64,000 nucleotides of DNA, from positions 224,001 to 288,000 of the forward strand of contig CAWCKY010000001.1 in assembly GCA_963796275.1 (NCBI GenBank), written 5' to 3'. Below the pieces are notes generated by a model. It had not been told where the DNA came from, ran no database searches, and worked only from the letters and a program-made list of their open reading frames with translations. This stretch comes from an uncultured Acidobacteriota bacterium (GTDB lineage Bacteria > Acidobacteriota > Blastocatellia > RBC074). Positions 11,501 through 19,899 of this stretch are shown here, piece after piece; position 1 is the stretch's first letter, and each line of letters begins with the position of its first letter. The position numbers and the translations under genes are program-made.

Positions 11501-12067
11501 GTGCGAGCCCTGGCGTTGTCCGAAGCCCTGACCGTCCGTTCCGCTGCGCGGGCCGTATTGCACACCGGGCTGCAGAATCGCGAGCGCCCCGAGGTTACGG
11601 TTGTTGAGAGGCAGCTCCTCGACGCGTCTCTGCTCGACAGTCTGGCCGAGCGTCGCGTCGTCGGTGCGCAGCGTCGCCGCTTCAGCGGTCACTTCCACCC
11701 GCTCATTTGTCGCGCCGACTTGCAGGGTGAAGTCCATGCGCACCTTCTCGTTGATTGCGAGAACGATGTCGCGGCGGATCTCCTGCTTGAATCCTTGCAC
11801 ATCGACGGTCAGGTCATAGACTCCGACATCGAGCAGGGGGAAGCTGAAATCACCGGTAGATGAGGTGACAACCTCGCGCTTGACGCCCGTCCGCGTATTG
11901 ATGGCGGTCACCTTGGCGCCTGACAGTATCGCGCCCGAAGCATCGGAAACCGTCCCCAGGATCGTGGTAGATGTCGTTTGCGCTGAAATCGAAATGCAGA
12001 GGGTGGATAAAGAAAGCAGGCACCGGCAGAACCACCGCCGACCTTGCCTCGCGACATTGTTGGTCAT
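8570..12067 (-). CDS. TonB-dependent receptor (Oar-like, N-terminal carboxypeptidase-regulatory-like domain)
   Basis: Signal peptide, GTVSDASGA N-domain, plug VQEFRV...YSAEYG, C-terminal RQMQLGLKLIF. ATG 12067 has a GGAGG RBS (the ORF track starts at 12136). Confidence 0.92.
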   Translation of the reverse strand: MTNNVARQGRRWFCRCLLSLSTLCISISAQTTSTTILGTVSDASGAILSGAKVTAINTRTGVKREVVTSSTGDFSFPLLDVGVYDLTVDVQGFKQEIRRDIVLAINEKVRMDFTLQVGATNERVEVTAEAATLRTDDATLGQTVEQRRVEELPLNNRNLGALAILQPGVQYGPRSGTDGQGFGQRQGSHGIPIPGIGLSFVANGQRETNGHGTIDGVVATEARVNTIPFSPSPEAVQEFRVLSGSYSAEYGFNSGAQVVIVTKSGGNDLHGSAFEFLRNDIFDAENFFQNYFNAPGAPRSTKDSLRQNNFGGVLTGPVRIPKIYDGANKTFFMANYEARTRRQGNLAQTANHPSLAFRRGDFSSLLNRVDAQGRPAEKIEIVDPLTGDPFEGNIIPDDRISPVAKELMKYWPEPQRDNPDPLTGINFTGFERRTIDDHQFFTRVDHNFLEGDKIFVRYAFNDVTYNVLPGDNPNFSYFVEGRNHNVALAWIHIFNPNLINELRYGYNRSVNDTLNPRANTDFDPEALGLNGFRVVNDGNRKFTPRETGLPTITINGFSVLAEQDGGNGFDFNNLHQVSDNLTWSRGAHNIKFGFDFRRVALYRGAANVPRGGLNFSGNIAGTGFAAFLLGYPSSTSTPEGLPLTDVRQNRIALYGLTDWKATRKLTLNLGLRWEYNSSATDIDGLWRSLSFTTLTDGLPTLIPAIDTPFEFYDAPKNIFMPRIGLAYRWTENWVMRAGFGIYYNVHQLNNFSILNLNPPKSGTATFDNLGTGGVINNPPVDPVLTYSAPFGTIDNTRATGLNMLDEKNNQPYISQWSLDIQRRLPFDAVLSVGYVGNKGTHIDNTVELNSPDPDLALPNTRRPIPFFIDGPDGPRRQLLRLRLLDSNANSWYHAMQVNAQKRLSHGFQMNFAYTYSKAMGEGYGRNESGGATQNTYQNPRNRAAEKARYGFDFRHSAVISFLYELPVISAFKYNGLKHIFGGWQTNGIVTLRSGLPFTVSQNNTINTGEAPARPDRLSSGKLDEPTIDKWFDPDAFRVVTCLQPGDKMTAAGDARNKYLSQFCHYGSSGQSVLEGPGYKSLDFSLFKNIRFTEKMRLQFRWEVFNLFNTPQFAVPNAALSSAPEFLPSTAGGAFPTQAGITRGPGSISNLVAPMRQMQLGLKLIF

Positions 12068-12232
12068 AAGCAAGCCTCCGATTAGATCGACATTTTTAAA
12101 AGTGTGATGCTGGTGCCAATTAGGTGAAAACACCATACTATCCGCTCACCAAAGCGTCAAGTTGACATATACGAATCGAGCGTCATTCCGTATAATCACG
12201 GCGATACGATCAATCCCAATAAAACAAGGACG

Positions 12233-12706
12233 GTGCCAATGGATTCGCAAAGAAGACGAATAATGAAAGCAGCGGCTGTCACCGCTATCGCCGCTCCGGC
12301 GGCCAAGGCCGCGGGCAGCCAATCGAGCAACTCCCAATCCCCGAAGAAAAAAGTGCATTATCGGGGCGGAAAAAAACCTGAGAAAACGCCGCTCTTTTCC
12401 GGGGCAGTCTCTTACGGCAATCTGCTTTTCATCTCCGGTAAAGGCGCTCACTTCAAGGGCGATATCAAGGAGCACACGAAACACGTGCTCGATGAGATCG
12501 AGAAGGAGTTGGTCAATGCCGGGTCTTCGATGGACAAGGTTCTCAAATGCAATGTCTATCTTAACGATCTGAAAGATTACCAGGCGATGAACGAAGTGTT
12601 CCGCGGGCGATTCGGCGAAGAGCCTCCGGTTCGTACCACGATCGCAGCGGCCGGCGGCATCCCAGGCGATTCGCTCGTCGAGATCGACGTAATCGCTTAT
12701 ATATGA
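12233..12706 (+). CDS. RidA/YjgF family imine deaminase with N-terminal twin-arginine-like leader
   Basis: FSGAV, LFISG, KCNVYL, MNEVF, PPVRTTI (catalytic Arg), VEIDVIA; leader SQRRRIMKAAAVTAIAAPAAKAA. Confidence 0.9.
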   Translation: MPMDSQRRRIMKAAAVTAIAAPAAKAAGSQSSNSQSPKKKVHYRGGKKPEKTPLFSGAVSYGNLLFISGKGAHFKGDIKEHTKHVLDEIEKELVNAGSSMDKVLKCNVYLNDLKDYQAMNEVFRGRFGEEPPVRTTIAAAGGIPGDSLVEIDVIAYI

Positions 12707-12710
12707 AAAA

Positions 12711-12793
12711 GGAAGCAAAAATAGCGAAAGTTGCAAAAAGGCAAAAAGCCAGGACTTTTTGCCTCTTTTGCCTTATTTGACCCATTGCTTTCC
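12711..12793. repeat. Imperfect palindrome with A-rich and T-rich arms (dispersed intergenic family)
   Basis: GGAAGCAAAA...GCAAAAAGGCAAAAAG faces CTTTTTGCCTCTTTTGC...TTGCTTTCC; a similar element is at 39866-39958. Confidence 0.75.
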
Positions 12794-12818
12794 TTTTCCA
12801 TCCTGAGGTGGAGGAATC

Positions 12819-13967
12819 ATGGAACGCAGAGAATTCGTCAAACTCCTTGCCGCAACCCCGATCGCTTCGCGGATTCACGCTGAGGAGCCCAGAGAGATAC
12901 CGAAATACAAGATCGTCAGCACTTACAAACCAGCCGCTCACCCGGGTATGCCGGGGCCGTATCCGGGTAAAGTCATCAGCATCAAATCAGCCAATTGCCT
13001 AAACGAAACGGGCGAGCAGATCAATGCTGAAGTCGTGCGCGAGATGATGGAGCGCGGCATGCGCGAGTTGACGGGAGAGGCGAAAACGATCGATGCGTGG
13101 CGCCGCTTCATCGGGCCGGATGACGTGGTCGGCATCAAGGTCAACGTCAACGGCTATCCGTGGGTCTTTTCTACGCATCCGGTCGTTGCCGAGGTCGTCC
13201 GTAACCTGATGGATATAGGGGTAAAACCGCCGCAGATCTACGTCTACGACCGTTTTCAGGACCAGTTGGATAGGGTGAATTACGCTCCGCATTTGCCGGA
13301 AGGCGTGAACTACGTTGCCGCCGAAGCCGGGAACCGGCGCCTCGATAACAGCAACTACGATCAGCTGACTTATGTTGAGGCCGACATGTTCGGCGAAGAG
13401 GATACGCGCTCGAATATGATGAAGCTCATCTCGCAGAAGCTAACGAAGATCATCAACATCCCGAATATAAAAGATCACGGCGCTACCGGGGCCACGGGAT
13501 GTCTGAAAAATATCGCTTACGGCGGCTTCTCAAATGTCGCGCGCACACATTCCAACGGCGTCTCACACACGTATTCGTTCGTCGGCACCCTGGCCGCCGT
13601 CGAGCCGATTCGGTCGCGGACGGTCCTCCAAATCATGGATGGTTTGCGCGGCGTGTGGCACGGAGGGCCGTTTGCCCGAACGCTCAAATACGTTTTCTTT
13701 CCCAAGCAGATGATGTTCGGGACCGACCCCGTGTCCATCGACCGTCTGCTGCTCGATATCATCGATAATGAACGGAAGTCGCGCGGCGCGATCTCTATCT
13801 GGGATCGTTCGGAGAAGTTTCTGAATACGGACGATGTTCGGGCTCGCGATAATGATCCGAACGTCAATATCATTATCAGAGAACCGGGTCACGTGGAATA
13901 CGCGGCAAAGCTGGGGCTTGGAATTTCCGATCTCGATAAGATCAGTCTCAAGGAGATCGAAGTATGA
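12819..13967 (+). CDS. DUF362 domain protein, Tat signal
   Basis: MERREFVKLL leader; VGIKVN, INIPNIKDH, GCLKN and GTDPVSID motifs typical of DUF362. Confidence 0.78.
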   Translation: MERREFVKLLAATPIASRIHAEEPREIPKYKIVSTYKPAAHPGMPGPYPGKVISIKSANCLNETGEQINAEVVREMMERGMRELTGEAKTIDAWRRFIGPDDVVGIKVNVNGYPWVFSTHPVVAEVVRNLMDIGVKPPQIYVYDRFQDQLDRVNYAPHLPEGVNYVAAEAGNRRLDNSNYDQLTYVEADMFGEEDTRSNMMKLISQKLTKIINIPNIKDHGATGATGCLKNIAYGGFSNVARTHSNGVSHTYSFVGTLAAVEPIRSRTVLQIMDGLRGVWHGGPFARTLKYVFFPKQMMFGTDPVSIDRLLLDIIDNERKSRGAISIWDRSEKFLNTDDVRARDNDPNVNIIIREPGHVEYAAKLGLGISDLDKISLKEIEV

Positions 13968-15046
13968 GTTTGCCCTTGTTGCCCCTCTTGCTCCGTTTGC
14001 CCCGTTTGCCACGGGTGCCCGTGTTGATATTGATTTACGCATTTGTTCTGAACGTACCGGTTGGGGAATCTTTACTTTATGGACAAGTGAAGGGACCTGA
14101 AGATTCTCCGCATCAATTACCCTATATTTATTGGCCATATGGAATTGATACCGCTCAGGCGTTGAAAGAGGCGGGAATAAAAGAAATTTGCGTTCCGGAC
14201 GATCAGGCAAAGGCATGGCGCGCAGCAGGATTTAAGACGCTGACCAACAGTTACTTGAGATTCGAGCAACGCGAAAAATTGCTGGTCCCCGGCATCGTCA
14301 GACGCGCCAATGTGGCTTCAGCGACAAGCCGCCCCTGGATAGATGCCAATGGGTGGCGATTTATAAGGAACTCGGCCGGCAAGTTTTATTATGAATTGCC
14401 GTCCGGCAAAGGCAGCCTTGCCGCTGCCGAAGCATTCGCCTACAAGGGAGATGCAGTTTTAAAGATCGATCAGGCCGACCTTGAAGAAGTCGGAAAAATG
14501 CTGAAATTCCAGCGCGGCTTACCGGGAAATAATCTACCGGTAGTTGCCGATATCGCGGTAGTTGACGATAGATCTCCGCTGACCGGAGAGGTAATGAATC
14601 TGCTTGCTCGCCGCAACCTGCTGTTTAAAATCGTCGATGCGCCGTCGCCTCAGTATCCCATCAACATCAAAATCGGAACGAAAGAATTTCCCGAATCTGA
14701 CGCAGCCGACCCCAGCGACTTCGCGCAAAAGATTCGCCGCCGGCTCACTGATGAGAGAAGAACTCTGCGAATATATGGCAATGAAGTAGTCATCTGCCGC
14801 GTTACCGGCGATAAATCGCGCCTCAGGCTCCACCTCTTAAATTACAGCGGACGCGAAATCTCCGGCATGCGTGTTCGTTTGCGAGGAACTTACGGCAAGC
14901 CTCAGGTCAGAGCGTTCGGGTACGACCAGATCGAGCCCGAAGATATCGAAGTCGCCGGGGGCGCGACCGAATTCACAGTCCCGAAAATGGGTAACTATGC
15001 GATGGTCGATTTGCCGAGGATCGTTACCGGAAAACAAAATCGGTAA
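13964..15046 (+). CDS. Hypothetical secreted protein, translationally coupled to DUF362 (ATGA overlap)
   Basis: 360-aa ORF, hydrophobic N-terminus, C-terminal LHLLNY strand motif. Confidence 0.7.
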   Translation: MSLPLLPLLLRLPRLPRVPVLILIYAFVLNVPVGESLLYGQVKGPEDSPHQLPYIYWPYGIDTAQALKEAGIKEICVPDDQAKAWRAAGFKTLTNSYLRFEQREKLLVPGIVRRANVASATSRPWIDANGWRFIRNSAGKFYYELPSGKGSLAAAEAFAYKGDAVLKIDQADLEEVGKMLKFQRGLPGNNLPVVADIAVVDDRSPLTGEVMNLLARRNLLFKIVDAPSPQYPINIKIGTKEFPESDAADPSDFAQKIRRRLTDERRTLRIYGNEVVICRVTGDKSRLRLHLLNYSGREISGMRVRLRGTYGKPQVRAFGYDQIEPEDIEVAGGATEFTVPKMGNYAMVDLPRIVTGKQNR

Positions 15047-15223
15047 TGAGGCAACATCTATTTTTTTCTTTTTTGTTAGCTGTTTGCCTGCCGTCTCCGC
15101 TTCCGCTTTTCACCTCATAAGTATTTCTTTTTGCTGATTTTATGGACACAGAGTCTAATTCTGATATAATCCCCGCAATAAATTTCCCCCGTAGATTTCT
15201 GAAGAGGTATTCATTGTATTCCC

Positions 15224-15502
15224 ATGAAAACTGATTGGTTGTTTGGGCTGTATTTCGGACTCGTTGGATCACTTGTAAAGCTTCTGATTTTTGATTCAGT
15301 CACCCCATACAAGCCGACAGCTTACAGCAGTTCGATATTGGTCACGCTTCTGATTGCCTACCCTATATTCATATGGGGGAGCAAGCAGCCGAAGACTCGG
15401 TGGGGCCATGGCGGTAAAGAATGGACCTTCACCGGGTGGACGTTGTTAAGTGTGATGGGGGCTGCCTTATCTTTTCTTGTCGGCATCATCGTCCTCGAAT
15501 AG
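15224..15502 (+). CDS. Small hypothetical membrane protein (about 3 TM)
   Basis: 92-aa ORF with three hydrophobic segments; GAGG upstream; fills the intergenic gap. Confidence 0.5.
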   Translation: MKTDWLFGLYFGLVGSLVKLLIFDSVTPYKPTAYSSSILVTLLIAYPIFIWGSKQPKTRWGHGGKEWTFTGWTLLSVMGAALSFLVGIIVLE

Positions 15503-15517
15503 CCGATGGGCAGGCTA

Positions 15518-16588
15518 TCAGGGATAGACTCGAATCATCTTCCAATCCTGACTTGTATCCGGGAGAAAAAAGATCACTTCGGTGATCAGATATTTCTTTA
15601 TCAATTTTCTAGTCCTATCGATTCCGAGAACAAAGAAGACGTTATCCAAAGCATCGCCTGCTGTGCCTGTATCTGTCAGTACGGCGACGCTTAGCAGGCC
15701 TTGCACTGGCATTCCCGTGCGCGGATCCATAATGTGCGAATATCGCACCCCGTTGACTTCGAAAAATTTTTCATAACTGCCCGAGATCGAGAGCGCCCGG
15801 TTATTCAAGTTGACAGTTAAGGCAAATTTTTTGTTATCGACCGGGTCTTGAATCTTGATCTCCCAGCCCGATGAATCCGGTGGCGAACCGAGCCCATAGA
15901 TCGTGCTGCCGCCTGCGTTGACCAATGCTCTTTCGATGCCGCGCGATTTAAGGAGGCGCACGGCGCGATCGACGGCATACCCTTTGGCAATGCCTCCGAG
16001 GTCGAGTTCGATGCCAGCCATATCGAAGCGGACCGTCTTCTCATTATCATTGAGAATTATATGCTGGTAACCGGTGCTGCGCCGCGCGCTCGATAATTCA
16101 GAGTCCGAAGGCAGCCTGCCCTCATCGCGAAAGAAACCCCAGGCCTTCATCAGTGGGCCGACCGTGATATCAAATGCGCCGTCCGATTCGCGGCTGTACT
16201 TAATGCATTCCGAGATAAAATCGAATAACTCCGGCTCGACCCGGACCGGCCGTTTGGATGCTTCGCGATTGATTTTTGAAAGCTCGCTCTCCTTTTTGTA
16301 ATGGCTCATTAACCGGTCGATCCGGTCGATTTCATCAAGCGCCTCGTTCAATATCTTTTTCAGCTCATGTTCTTCGCGGCCGTATGCGACGATGCTGTAG
16401 GTGCATGCCATTGAGATGCGGCTCTCTTCAAAACGTATCGGTTTATCGTTCTGAGAACTGCTCTGAGTATTGTTTTGAAGGGAGAATATGAAACAGACGA
16501 AAATATAGGGAAAGAACGAAAAGGCGGGTATTTTTCGTTTGAATCGTTTATTTTCGTCCATGCCGTATTCTCTTTTGTCTTTCTCCAT
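15518..16588 (-). CDS. apbE: FAD:protein FMN transferase (ApbE)
   Basis: GAFDITVGPL, LDLGGIAKGYAVD, SGSYEKFF, YSHIMDPRTG. The start may be 16561. Confidence 0.92.
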   Translation of the reverse strand: MEKDKREYGMDENKRFKRKIPAFSFFPYIFVCFIFSLQNNTQSSSQNDKPIRFEESRISMACTYSIVAYGREEHELKKILNEALDEIDRIDRLMSHYKKESELSKINREASKRPVRVEPELFDFISECIKYSRESDGAFDITVGPLMKAWGFFRDEGRLPSDSELSSARRSTGYQHIILNDNEKTVRFDMAGIELDLGGIAKGYAVDRAVRLLKSRGIERALVNAGGSTIYGLGSPPDSSGWEIKIQDPVDNKKFALTVNLNNRALSISGSYEKFFEVNGVRYSHIMDPRTGMPVQGLLSVAVLTDTGTAGDALDNVFFVLGIDRTRKLIKKYLITEVIFFLPDTSQDWKMIRVYP

Positions 16589-16646
16589 ATTGCGATGATG
16601 TCACATTTGAGAGAAGATGCGCACCAGAAAGGCATAAAGCTCAAAT

Positions 16647-16680
16647 CATAAAGGACCCAGAAAAGGACCCATAAAGGACC
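16647..16680. repeat. 11-12 bp tandem repeat CATAAAGGACC x3
   Basis: Lies between divergent apbE and CBM9-like genes; the last unit supplies an AAGGA RBS. Confidence 0.7.
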
Positions 16681-16686
16681 GGCGAT

Positions 16687-17397
16687 ATGACAAAATTATA
16701 TCAATTTCTGTATCTCTTACTCACCGTCGTGATTTTACAAGGTTCGTCAAAAAATGAAGATCCCTCATTGATAAAAAGCTATCGCGTTCAATCAGACTTC
16801 GCACTCACGGCTGACCCTGAGTCAAAGTCTTGGAAGGAGATTAAAGGTGCGATCGCCGAACGCGGGCCGAGAGGTGATTTGACGCCGGGTCATCGCACAG
16901 AAATTCGTTCGCGCTGGTCCGAGAAAAATCTTTATCTGCTGTTCATCTGCCCTTACCAGGAGCTTTTCCTCAAGCCCGGACCGTCGACCACCGCCGAAAC
17001 CAACAAACTCTGGGAATGGGACGTAGCCGAGGTCTTCATCGGGACGGACTATCAGAACATCAAACGTTATACAGAGTTTCAGGTCTCGCCGCAGGGCGAA
17101 TGGGTCGATCTGGATATCGATCGCAACCCCAATCCGGCAGTCCACGATTGGCAATGGAATTCCGGATTTGAAGTAAAAGCCCGCATCGATGGCGAGAAGC
17201 GGATATGGTACGGTGAAATGCGCATCCCTCTTGCGAAGATCGATAAGCGCGCTCCGAAAACCGGCCTGGAGATGCGGATCAATTTTTATCGGTTCCAGGG
17301 ACCGCCGCCCGATCGCAAACGTATAGCGTGGCAACCGACCAAAACCGACAACTATCACGTCCCCGAAGCTTTCGGCCGTTTGATCCTGGAGAAATAG
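16687..17397 (+). CDS. Carbohydrate-binding family 9-like (DOMON-like) secreted protein
   Basis: RSRWSEKNLYLLF, LWEWDVAEVFI, EFQVSPQG, WYGEMRIP, RINFYR, WQPT...YHVPEAFG. Confidence 0.8.
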   Translation: MTKLYQFLYLLLTVVILQGSSKNEDPSLIKSYRVQSDFALTADPESKSWKEIKGAIAERGPRGDLTPGHRTEIRSRWSEKNLYLLFICPYQELFLKPGPSTTAETNKLWEWDVAEVFIGTDYQNIKRYTEFQVSPQGEWVDLDIDRNPNPAVHDWQWNSGFEVKARIDGEKRIWYGEMRIPLAKIDKRAPKTGLEMRINFYRFQGPPPDRKRIAWQPTKTDNYHVPEAFGRLILEK

Positions 17398-17402
17398 AGA
17401 TC

Positions 17403-18341
17403 GTGAAGTTCATACATCAGGCAGCTCCGTTACTATTAGCGATTTCACTGAGCTCGATTATTTACGCTCAATCACCCAAAAATTTACCGGGGTTCCCTTC
17501 GACCGTGGCCGATGGCGCCAAGCCCGTAGTAGTCTATGAAGAAGATGCGTTTTTCGAGGGACCAGCCTGGGACCCGGTGACCGGCAAACTCTACTTCACC
17601 GCATTCAAAAAGGATAACCAGCAGATACTCCGTCTGGATGGCAACAAGAAAGCCGTAGTCTGGATGGACAAGACGCAGGGCGTCAACGGAATGCGCACGT
17701 CGCGCAGTGGTCGTCTGCTGGGCGCGCAGGCATACGGTCACAACTTGTTGAGCATAAAGATAGGCGCCAGTGGGCCGGAAGATATGAAGAGCCTGACCGC
17801 GAACTTCCAGGGGCAGAAATACAATCAACCGAACGATCTGGCAGAAGCGCCTAACGGCGGGATTTACTATACCGACCCCGATTTTAAGGGAAAGGCACGA
17901 AGCGCAGTCTATTATTTGAGTTCCGAAGGAACGGCGAGCCGTATCATCACGCATTTGAAAATCCCCAACGGGATTGTGGTCTCGAATGATGGAAAGACTT
18001 TATACGTAGGCGACAGCTTCGAGAAGCGAATCTATTCCTATGCCATCAAGCCGGACGGTTCGGTCGATGAGGGAGCGGTCAAGATATTCTTCGATCCAGA
18101 GACGGACAATCGCAACGACCCCGATGGAATGTGTTCTGATGCCGAGGGCAATCTCTACTTCGCAATGCGCGGAGGGGTCTGGGTGGCCTCGCCGGAAGGT
18201 AAAACTCTGGGCTTCATTCCGATCCCTGAATTCACGAGCAACGTCGGGTTCGGCGGCAAAGACGGGAAAACGTTGTTTATGACTTGTGGAAAGAAAGTTT
18301 ACGCGCTGGAGATGAAGGTCAGAGGCTCGCAGTTTCGCTAA
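17403..18341 (+). CDS. SMP-30/gluconolactonase family protein (secreted)
   Basis: FFEGPAW, NQPNDL, IYYTDP, PNGIVVSNDG, PDGMCSDAEGNLY; Sec signal from GTG 17403. Confidence 0.9.
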   Translation: MKFIHQAAPLLLAISLSSIIYAQSPKNLPGFPSTVADGAKPVVVYEEDAFFEGPAWDPVTGKLYFTAFKKDNQQILRLDGNKKAVVWMDKTQGVNGMRTSRSGRLLGAQAYGHNLLSIKIGASGPEDMKSLTANFQGQKYNQPNDLAEAPNGGIYYTDPDFKGKARSAVYYLSSEGTASRIITHLKIPNGIVVSNDGKTLYVGDSFEKRIYSYAIKPDGSVDEGAVKIFFDPETDNRNDPDGMCSDAEGNLYFAMRGGVWVASPEGKTLGFIPIPEFTSNVGFGGKDGKTLFMTCGKKVYALEMKVRGSQFR

Positions 18342-18415
18342 TGGAAGGGCGAAAGGCAATAATTTGATTCTCGCTCCAGTTTACTTCTTCCGTTTGCCAC
18401 TTTTCGTCTTTCTGC

Positions 18416-18537
18416 TGCTAACGGATATTTGCTAACGGATATTGTGGATGTGAGTATTGTCCTCTCGCAGGCTAAATTGCATTGAAATAAGGACCATAAT
18501 CCCGAAGGGCAGATGCCACAAAATCCGTTAGCACCAG
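18416..18537. mobile_element. MITE-like element with terminal inverted repeats
   Basis: TGCTAACGGATATTGTGG (18430-18447) versus CCACAAAATCCGTTAGCA (18516-18533), 17/18 complementary; the left end is partly duplicated at 18416. Confidence 0.55.
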
Positions 18538-18560
18538 TCGCCGTTTTGTTTCCTTTACTT

Positions 18561-19784
18561 CTACTTTTCCCACGGCTCGCTGCTTCTTCCGTTGAGATCG
18601 TACATCACATCACCATCGAGGAAAGTCATTTCGCATGACAACTTCTGGCTCCCGTTCATTCGAGTTTTTTCCACATCGACGTAACCGAAGTCGCCGCGAT
18701 CAAGCCGGAACACGGCGATGTCTGCGGTCGCGCCGACGCTCAGGTGGCCGAATTTTTCGCGTTTGATCTCTTTCGCCGGATTCCACGTCGATTTCAGAAT
18801 CACGTCTTCAAGAGGCATCCCCATATTCAGGAATTTCGACATCACATTGACCATATCTCTCATCCCTCCGTTTGCGCTGCGCAGGTGCAGATCGGTCGAG
18901 ATCGAATCCGGAGAGAACCCCTGCTTCATAGCGGGAACGGCATAGCGAAAAATGAAACTGCCCGCCCCGTGTCCGACATCGAAGATCACGCCACGTTTCT
19001 TGCCCTCGAATAGGTAAGAGCGTACTTTCCCACCTTCGTCGAACATCGGAACGCGCGAGAGATAGGTGTGAGTGTAGATGTCGCCGGGGCGAAGCTTCTT
19101 CAGAATCAGGTCCCAATGCGGCCGTTCGGTTCGGAATTCACCAAAATCGACCATCAAAGGGACATTGGCCATCGCAGCTGCCTCAAGAGCGCGATCTACT
19201 GCGGTCCATTCAGGCCTGGCGAAATGTGCCGTCTTGATCCCGACGATGATGTCCTTATGTCTCTCTACCATCTCGGCGGTTTTCTTCGGGTCCATGTCGT
19301 CCGTATCCTGTTCGATGGGCCCGCCACCCATCCCCAGGCCGACGATATTGAGCAGCGCGAGGACGCGAGTGTTTGAGCGATCGATGACCCGTTGCTTGAA
19401 ATCCTCGAAGTTCTGCCACCCTGAGGTTCCTGCGTCGACCATCGTGGTCGTGCAGGCGCGAAAACTGTGCAGATCGGGGTAAACGCTCCAATCTCCCGTA
19501 TAACCCTTAACTCCCGTTCCCGCGTACGCATGCACGTGGATGTCGACCAGCCCGGGCGTCAGATAGAGCCCGTTGAGATCGACAACCCTTGCAGCCGTCG
19601 ACGGATCTATCGTCTGTTGGACGGCGGCTATCAGCCCCTTTGTGATAGCGACATCCCGTTTTTCATTGATGCTGTTCTTAGGATCAATTACGTGGCCGTT
19701 TTTGAGGAGCAGATCGTATCTCGGTTGAACTTCGGCACTTAAAATACCGGCTGCCAGCAATAGAACTGTGAGCAAGAATCTCAT
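18561..19784 (-). CDS. Amidohydrolase/deacetylase family metallohydrolase (dihydroorotase-like), Sec signal
   Basis: PGLVDIHVH, VDAGTSG, VGIK, RPGDIYTH, FDVGHGAGSF, SISTDLH, MSKFL, ADIAVF. Confidence 0.88.
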   Translation of the reverse strand: MRFLLTVLLLAAGILSAEVQPRYDLLLKNGHVIDPKNSINEKRDVAITKGLIAAVQQTIDPSTAARVVDLNGLYLTPGLVDIHVHAYAGTGVKGYTGDWSVYPDLHSFRACTTTMVDAGTSGWQNFEDFKQRVIDRSNTRVLALLNIVGLGMGGGPIEQDTDDMDPKKTAEMVERHKDIIVGIKTAHFARPEWTAVDRALEAAAMANVPLMVDFGEFRTERPHWDLILKKLRPGDIYTHTYLSRVPMFDEGGKVRSYLFEGKKRGVIFDVGHGAGSFIFRYAVPAMKQGFSPDSISTDLHLRSANGGMRDMVNVMSKFLNMGMPLEDVILKSTWNPAKEIKREKFGHLSVGATADIAVFRLDRGDFGYVDVEKTRMNGSQKLSCEMTFLDGDVMYDLNGRSSEPWEK

Positions 19785-19899
19785 GGTCCTCCTCAGCAAA
19801 TAGATGGGTTTCCGGTCGGGGTTTGATGGCGCTACGGCACATCACCGATAAGAAAGACGCAGTTAATGCCCGGAAATTAGCACTCTCGTAGAAAGGGAG

